Source: an uncultured cyanobacterium (lineage in GTDB: Bacteria > Cyanobacteriota > Cyanobacteriia > Cyanobacteriales > CAWCAG01). From it: a DNA stretch of 64,000 nt. Location of the stretch: NCBI GenBank assembly GCA_963793425.1, contig CAWCAG010000007.1, positions 736,001 to 800,000 of the forward strand, written 5' to 3'. Position 1 is the stretch's first letter; every line of letters starts with the position of its first letter. Below the pieces are notes generated by a model that ran no database searches, was not told where the DNA came from, and was given only the letters and a program-made list of their open reading frames with translations. The position numbers and the translations under genes were made by a program. Of this stretch, positions 58,369 through 64,000 are shown piece by piece.

Positions 58369-58623
58369 ATGCTTCAAGATACCAGAGCCATTCGCTATTA
58401 TCAAAGATTGACCGATTCTATGGTGGATCTTTGGCAGCGAGGTTATCGCTTTAATGATTTGCGAATGTATATGGATGGTTACTTATCCTGTCTCAGACAG
58501 TCTAATGACCTGGAACCCCACCTTATCCACCGTTTAGAAGAAGACGCTTTTCGCTTCTTAAGAGATCCTTCTAATTTCGAGTTAGCCATGCCCCAAACCC
58601 AAGCTGAGGCAGACTACTACTAA
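58369..58623 (+). CDS. conserved cyanobacterial small protein (DUF6761-like)
   Basis: MLQD...IRYYQRLTD..V..W.RGYR..DLR.Y.DGYL; ATG at 58369. Confidence 0.8.
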   Translation: MLQDTRAIRYYQRLTDSMVDLWQRGYRFNDLRMYMDGYLSCLRQSNDLEPHLIHRLEEDAFRFLRDPSNFELAMPQTQAEADYY

Positions 58624-58664
58624 ATAACCATTAGAAAATACCTCTGAGTCCTCTAGTTTCTTTA

Positions 58665-58738
<74 letters not shown>

Positions 58739-58885
58739 AAATTAACTGCCAGTAAAGAACTATAACACAGAGTTTCCCAGCAGAGCAAATTTACTTTTAA
58801 ATAAAGAAAACTATCTTGAATTAACGATCCGAGACTCCTGAGTTTTGATAAAATTACTGGGGTCATTAAATTTGAGTAACAATTT

Positions 58886-59389
58886 TTGAGCCAATCTACA
58901 GACGTACAACAAATCGACACATTGGCACAAGAACTGGCAAGCATACAGCAAACTAGTTCTAAAAGGATCGCTTTGCTTGGCTCTCGCCATGTTCCGATCA
59001 CTCATCAGTATCTGATTGAAATGATGAGCTATGCCTTAACCCTTGGCGGAAATCGCTTGATCACTTCTGGAGCCACAGGAACTAATTCTGCGGCTATTAA
59101 AGGAGCGATGCGGGCTGATGCTAATCTTTTGACAGTGATCTTGCCGCAAAGTTTAGAGCGCCAGCCTTTAGAGTCGAAAAAACAGTTGGAAAAAGTTATC
59201 CATTTGGTTGATAAACCAGAAAACAACCATCTTTCTTTGGCTGAGGCTAGTGCTTTGTGCAACCAAGAAATAATTTCTCGCTGTCAGCAATTAATCTGTT
59301 TTGCTTTCCACGATAGTAAAACTCTATTGCAAACCTGCGAAGATGCCGAAGAACAACATAAAGTAGTAACTTTGTTCTATTTTGATTAA
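58886..59389 (+). CDS. DprA/Smf-like (SLOG superfamily) protein
   Basis: IALLGSRH, TSGATGTN.A.I.GA. Confidence 0.8.
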   Translation: MSQSTDVQQIDTLAQELASIQQTSSKRIALLGSRHVPITHQYLIEMMSYALTLGGNRLITSGATGTNSAAIKGAMRADANLLTVILPQSLERQPLESKKQLEKVIHLVDKPENNHLSLAEASALCNQEIISRCQQLICFAFHDSKTLLQTCEDAEEQHKVVTLFYFD

Positions 59390-59398
59390 CTAAAACCT

Positions 59399-59809
59399 AT
59401 GGCTATTTCCACTAGTGCTATTCTGCTCTACTCTATTGTGGGTGCAGTAATTTTGATTTACCTTCCCTTTCTGGTAGTGGGTTATGCTCGTACCCAAGTA
59501 GGATATGATATGCAAGCTCCTAGAGCTATGCTAGAGAAGTTGCCAGACTATGCTAAAAGAGCAAATTGGGCCCATCAAAACTCTTTTGAGACTTTTATGG
59601 TGTTCGCTGCTGCTGCTTTTATGGCTTATGTGACAGGGGTTGATTCTCCTTTGGCCATAGGAGCAGCGAGTGCTTTTTTAGGAGCAAGACTGTTATATTC
59701 GCTTTTTTATATTTTTAATATACCTTTGGCGCGATCGCTAATGTTTGGCATCGGTTCTTTTTGTACAACAACTCTTTTTGTACTTAGTTTGTTGGCAATT
59801 AATTCCTAA
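59399..59809 (+). CDS. MAPEG family membrane protein
   Basis: RA.WAHQNSFE motif. Confidence 0.9.
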   Translation: MAISTSAILLYSIVGAVILIYLPFLVVGYARTQVGYDMQAPRAMLEKLPDYAKRANWAHQNSFETFMVFAAAAFMAYVTGVDSPLAIGAASAFLGARLLYSLFYIFNIPLARSLMFGIGSFCTTTLFVLSLLAINS

Positions 59810-59833
59810 TTTTTAATTTTTTAGTTAATCACT

Positions 59834-60325
59834 ATGGCTTCTAATTCTTCTTTTGATATTGTCAGCGATTTTGATCCCCAAGAAATGGTTAATACCGTAG
59901 ATCAAACTAATCGGGAAATCAATAATCGCTATGACCTTAAGGATACGAAAACAACTGTGGAGTTAGAAGAAGAGCTAATTAAAATCAATACCGAAAGTGA
60001 CTTTAGTTTAGAGGCTGTTCAAGTAATTTTGCGTACTAAGGCCGCTAAGCGCCAATTGTCTCAAAAAATCTTTGATTTCGGTAATGTTGAGTCTGCTAGT
60101 GGTGGACGTGTTAGACAAGAAATTAAGCTACAAAAAGGCTTAACTCAAGAACTGGCTAAAAAGATTAGTAAGCTAATCCGTGACAATTATAAAAAGGTAC
60201 AAGCTTCGATTCAAGGAGATAGTGTCAGGGTTTCTAGTAAGTCAAAAGATAGTTTACAAGAAGTAATGCAGTTATTGAAAGAGGAAGACTTTCCTGTAGA
60301 TTTACAGTTTACTAATTATCGTTAA
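59834..60325 (+). CDS. yajQ: YajQ family nucleotide-binding protein
   Basis: SFDIVS, RYDLK, IQGD.VRV..K.KD.LQ, LQF.NYR. Confidence 0.93.
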   Translation: MASNSSFDIVSDFDPQEMVNTVDQTNREINNRYDLKDTKTTVELEEELIKINTESDFSLEAVQVILRTKAAKRQLSQKIFDFGNVESASGGRVRQEIKLQKGLTQELAKKISKLIRDNYKKVQASIQGDSVRVSSKSKDSLQEVMQLLKEEDFPVDLQFTNYR

Positions 60326-60368
60326 TTTTAAATCCTCACTCCCTACTCCCCAGCCTCCCAAATAACCT

Positions 60369-61493
60369 GTGCTGTTAAATAATGAGCAAATTAAAATTTA
60401 TACTCAACACTCCATAGCCCAGGAATGGTTGGGGCGTTATCAGGGAAAGTTGCCTATATTTGCTTGTGTTTTGGGCTTTACTGCCACAGGATTGATACCA
60501 GGAATCTCAGCGGCTGGGGCAACTCCTGAAGATAGAAAATATACTGCGATCGCCGATGCAGAATTTTTGGTTAATGGGGTCAGAAAGTCCCCTAGTTACC
60601 CTTTGCCACCTTTAACTGTGGGGGTATCTCCTGTTTTTATTACCCGCTCTGTTATAGAAGCTTGTCATTTTCCTGTCTATATTTTCGATGCTGGTTTACC
60701 CCAGCCCCCAACTATTCCTACTATTAATTTAGGAGGTGTACCTGCTGCTTGTCTTACTTCTGCCCAAGCCCTACCCAAAGAAAAAGTGCAACAATTATTG
60801 GCTGCCGGTTTAAATTGGGGGGGAAAGTTAGCTCAACAAATCCCAGAAAGTTATTTAATTATTAGCGAATGTGTAGTAGGAGGAACTAGCACTGCCCTCG
60901 CTTTACTTACTGGGTTAGGTATTGCTGCCACAGGCAAAGTTAATAGTTCTCATCCCCATTGTAACCATCAACAAAAGTGGGAAGTTGTGGTTAAGGGTTT
61001 GAAAAAAGCGGGTTTTTTTCCTCCCTTTAGTGGTAGCGATCCTTTAGATTTAGTTGCTGCGGTAGGCGATCCTATGCAAATCTTTACAGCAGGGATGGCT
61101 ATTGCTGCTAGTCGTAGTAGAGGGGTTTTATTAGCGGGGGGTACGCAAATGCTAGCTGTTCATGGGTTAATTCAGGCAATCGTTACTTACCACAAACTGG
61201 CGGTTGACTTAAAGCAGATTGTTGTCGGCACGACTCGTTGGGTAGCAGAAGACTTAACTGGAGACACAGTTGGGCTAGCCAAGGAAGTAGGAAAAGTGCC
61301 TTTGTTGGCAACTCAACTTAATTTTGCTCATTCTCAATTTCCTCAACTACAATCATACGAAAATAGCTATGTCAAAGAGGGTGTAGGAGCAGGGGGCAGC
61401 GCTATTGCCGCTTGGTTGTATGCTCGTTTGACACAAACTCAGCTCCTTGAGGCGATAGAAGCTTTGGTAGAGAGTTACTCAGCAAATTGCTAA
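60369..61493 (+). CDS. cobT: CobT-like nicotinate-nucleotide phosphoribosyltransferase (TIGR00303 type)
   Basis: GISAAGATP, ECVVGGTSTAL, LAGGTQM, VKEGVGAGG. Confidence 0.85.
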   Translation: MLLNNEQIKIYTQHSIAQEWLGRYQGKLPIFACVLGFTATGLIPGISAAGATPEDRKYTAIADAEFLVNGVRKSPSYPLPPLTVGVSPVFITRSVIEACHFPVYIFDAGLPQPPTIPTINLGGVPAACLTSAQALPKEKVQQLLAAGLNWGGKLAQQIPESYLIISECVVGGTSTALALLTGLGIAATGKVNSSHPHCNHQQKWEVVVKGLKKAGFFPPFSGSDPLDLVAAVGDPMQIFTAGMAIAASRSRGVLLAGGTQMLAVHGLIQAIVTYHKLAVDLKQIVVGTTRWVAEDLTGDTVGLAKEVGKVPLLATQLNFAHSQFPQLQSYENSYVKEGVGAGGSAIAAWLYARLTQTQLLEAIEALVESYSANC

Positions 61494-61503
61494 GACAACT
61501 CTT

Positions 61504-61890
61504 TTAAGAACGGATTCTGCTTCTGCCTGCTAGCAGTTGTTCTTCCAAAGCCGCTATGCGATTATAAGCTGCGGTTAACTGTGCGGTTACACGCTGTAGT
61601 TGAATATCACAAGATAGTTGCTTGTTACCGCTGTTTTCGCTGTTATTGCCCCAATTTCTGCTATCCACCAACACATCTTTATGTTCCATAACAGAATCAA
61701 GATTACTAGAAGCTGTTTTGGCGTATTCTCGTGTCTGAGAAATATCAGCTAGTTGCTGTTTTACTGATTCATTATCCTGTTGCTGTTCCAACAAAACAGC
61801 GGTTATATGGGTTCCTAAGCGCTCTACTGTTTGGTAAAGCTTCTCGACTTTTCGGTCCATATCAACGATTTGCTCTTGAAGTTTATCCAT
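61504..61890 (-). CDS. conserved coiled-coil hypothetical protein
   Basis: EHKDVL, Q.QR.TAQLTAAYNRIAALEEQLL. Confidence 0.75.
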   Translation of the reverse strand: MDKLQEQIVDMDRKVEKLYQTVERLGTHITAVLLEQQQDNESVKQQLADISQTREYAKTASSNLDSVMEHKDVLVDSRNWGNNSENSGNKQLSCDIQLQRVTAQLTAAYNRIAALEEQLLAGRSRIRS

Positions 61891-62146
61891 AAATGATTCC
61901 GTCTCTATAAATTTTATTTACTGAGTTCATGCTATATCTCCTTGATAGGAAACCCTAACTAAATACTGATTCATTTAACTTTTACCTGCTTAATCTTGCT
62001 TTAGCTAATACTTGAGAAAAACAATTGTGCCTCATGAATTTGAGAACCGCTATACATGAAATTCAGACAAGTTTGATAGACAGCACCATAGCTATTTATT
62101 AAGCTATTGAGTATCGATATCACTAAGAGCTATTACTGAAAACTTT

Positions 62147-63490
62147 ATGCCCGTCGTCACCTTAACTCCTAATCAGCAACATCAAGATTTAATTATTACC
62201 AAACCCCCTTCTGGACTAAGCTTAAAAGGGAAGATTGATATTCCTGGAGATAAATCCATCTCCCATCGCGCCTTAATGCTGGGGGCTTTAGCAGAAGGAG
62301 AAACCTGCATTCAAGGGTTACTGTTAGGAGAAGATCCCCGTAGTACAGCTAACTGTTTCCGAGCGATGGGGGCAGAAATTTCTCCTTTAAATAGCACCGA
62401 AGTTATGGTGAAAGGAGTAGGATTAGGTAACTTAAAAGAACCAGAAGATGTTTTAGATGCTGGTAATTCTGGGACAACTTTGCGTTTAATATTAGGTATC
62501 CTCGCTGCGGCTTCAGAAAGATTTTTTACTGTCACTGGGGACAATTCCTTGCGATCGCGGCCTATGTCTCGTGTGGTTAAACCTTTGCAACAAATGGGGG
62601 CTGATATTTGGGGAAGGAAGGGTAATGCTCTCGCCCCTTTAGGAGTGAGGGGCAAGCAGCTTAAGCCAATTCATTACCATTCTCCTATAGCTTCAGCCCA
62701 GGTGAAATCCTGTGTACTACTAGCAGGATTGCTTACAGAAGGTAAAACTATTGTCACTGAACCTGCCCTCTCCCGTGATCATAGCGAGAGGATGTTAAGG
62801 GCTTTTGGGGCTAAGGTAGAAGTTGATCCGGTAACAAATAGTGCGGCAATTATTGGCCCTAGCCAACTGCAAGGACAAAAAGTTATTGTACCTGGGGATA
62901 TTAGTTCGGCAGCCTTTTGGTTAGTAGCGGGGGCCATTGTTCCCGGTTCAGAATTATTAGTCAAAAATGTTGGGGTTAACCCCACCCGTACTGGAGTTTT
63001 GCAAGTATTGCAAGAAATGGAAGCTAATCTTGAACTCCAAAATCAACGGGAGGTAGCAGGGGAACCCGTTGCTGATATTTTGGTGCGTCATAGCAACTTG
63101 AAAGGATGTACCATCGCCGGGGAGATTATACCCCGCCTTATTGATGAGATTCCTATATTAGCGGTAGCCGCAGTTTTTGCCCAAGGAACAACAGTTATTA
63201 AAGATGCCGCAGAATTAAGGGTGAAAGAAAGCGATCGCTTAGCTGTGATGGCTACGGAGTTAAATCGTTTAGGGGCGAAGATTACCGAATTAAAAGACGG
63301 TTTAGAAATTATTGGTGGCACTCCTTTAACCGGGGCAGAAGTAAGCAGTCATCAGGATCATCGCATTACTATGAGTTTAGCGATCGCTGCTCTTAATGCC
63401 CAAGGAAAAACCACTATTCATGGTGCAGAAGCTGCTGGGATTTCTTATCCTGATTTTGTTGATACACTACAACATCTCGCTTCAAATTAA
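62147..63490 (+). CDS. aroA: 3-phosphoshikimate 1-carboxyvinyltransferase
   Basis: [37 protein letters not shown]. Confidence 0.98.
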   Translation: MPVVTLTPNQQHQDLIITKPPSGLSLKGKIDIPGDKSISHRALMLGALAEGETCIQGLLLGEDPRSTANCFRAMGAEISPLNSTEVMVKGVGLGNLKEPEDVLDAGNSGTTLRLILGILAAASERFFTVTGDNSLRSRPMSRVVKPLQQMGADIWGRKGNALAPLGVRGKQLKPIHYHSPIASAQVKSCVLLAGLLTEGKTIVTEPALSRDHSERMLRAFGAKVEVDPVTNSAAIIGPSQLQGQKVIVPGDISSAAFWLVAGAIVPGSELLVKNVGVNPTRTGVLQVLQEMEANLELQNQREVAGEPVADILVRHSNLKGCTIAGEIIPRLIDEIPILAVAAVFAQGTTVIKDAAELRVKESDRLAVMATELNRLGAKITELKDGLEIIGGTPLTGAEVSSHQDHRITMSLAIAALNAQGKTTIHGAEAAGISYPDFVDTLQHLASN

Positions 63491-64000
63491 AATTGTAAAT
63501 AATACATCAACTGAGAAATAAATTCGCTATCTAAATTAAGACGACTTTGTAAGTCAGCGAGGTTGCGATAAGAACCTTCAGCAAGGCGGCTTTGAATAAT
63601 TTTTTGAGCCAAAGATGTTTCTAGTAAAGGAATTTGGCTTAATTGCTCAAATGAAGCTTTATTAGGGTTAACTTTTTGAGGATTGAGGACATTTTCTGGT
63701 TCGTAATAACCAAAGTAGAGAAGCGGTTCCCAAGGTTGGATACGCTGTAAGGGAAGGCTAATAGCTGAAGCTATATCTTCTAAACACAAAAGTTGCACAC
63801 CCATATTGGTTAACTCAACCAGGGATCGCCCTTGATGAATAGAAATACCGGGCAACCTTAACCAATCATCTACACTAGCTTGATTAACATCAATTTTAAT
63901 GCCCAGACTTGCAGCTACTTCAATTTCTGCTACCGATTCCAAGCGGTAATAAGGATCTTGAAGCATTTTAGCTCTGATCCTTGCTTGACGAGGATTAAGT
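63487..64000 (-). CDS. ComEA-like helix-hairpin-helix DNA-binding protein (5' end may lie beyond the window)
   Basis: [26 protein letters not shown]; frame is open from ATG 63966 to the window edge. Confidence 0.85.
   Translation of the reverse strand, partial: LNPRQARIRAKMLQDPYYRLESVAEIEVAASLGIKIDVNQASVDDWLRLPGISIHQGRSLVELTNMGVQLLCLEDIASAISLPLQRIQPWEPLLYFGYYEPENVLNPQKVNPNKASFEQLSQIPLLETSLAQKIIQSRLAEGSYRNLADLQSRLNLDSEFISQLMYYLQF

Overview
Chromosomal window from a cyanobacterium. HIP1 octamers (GCGATCGC) recur throughout (about 30 or more by eye), there are heptamer STRR tracts, and the gene set is cyanobacterial (nrrA with a canonical NtcA promoter, S4-domain Sll1252 homolog, pentapeptide proteins). 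It is mostly housekeeping: frr, pyrH, speB, prmA, serA, MurT-like ligase, two LPAATs, sugar ABC components, sodC, YajQ, CobT-like, aroA, ComEA-like, tRNA-His and tRNA-Val. Accessory pieces are interspersed. (i) An AT-rich, tightly coupled three-gene cassette (TIGR04255-family, small acidic protein, 'SQDCDL' protein; 25209-26971) is the best candidate for an undescribed toxin-antitoxin-chaperone-like or defence module. (ii) A secreted TPS/haemagglutinin, TPR-CHAT protease and DUF928 operon, in which DUF928 carries five 22-aa GGxSR-G repeats that look like a multi-peptide precursor. (iii) A 392-bp non-coding IS608-type element retaining both ends and a TnpB omega-RNA-like 3' end beside tRNA-His. 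(iv) A stand-alone DUF4365-type nuclease gene. (v) Several gene scars (DUF4288/DUF3465 chimera, truncated choice-of-anchor A gene, AraC fragment, frameshifted amylase tail) and MITE/REP-like repeats. No CRISPR array, rRNA, integrase or intact transposase was seen. All family calls come from motif recognition by eye; no database search was run.
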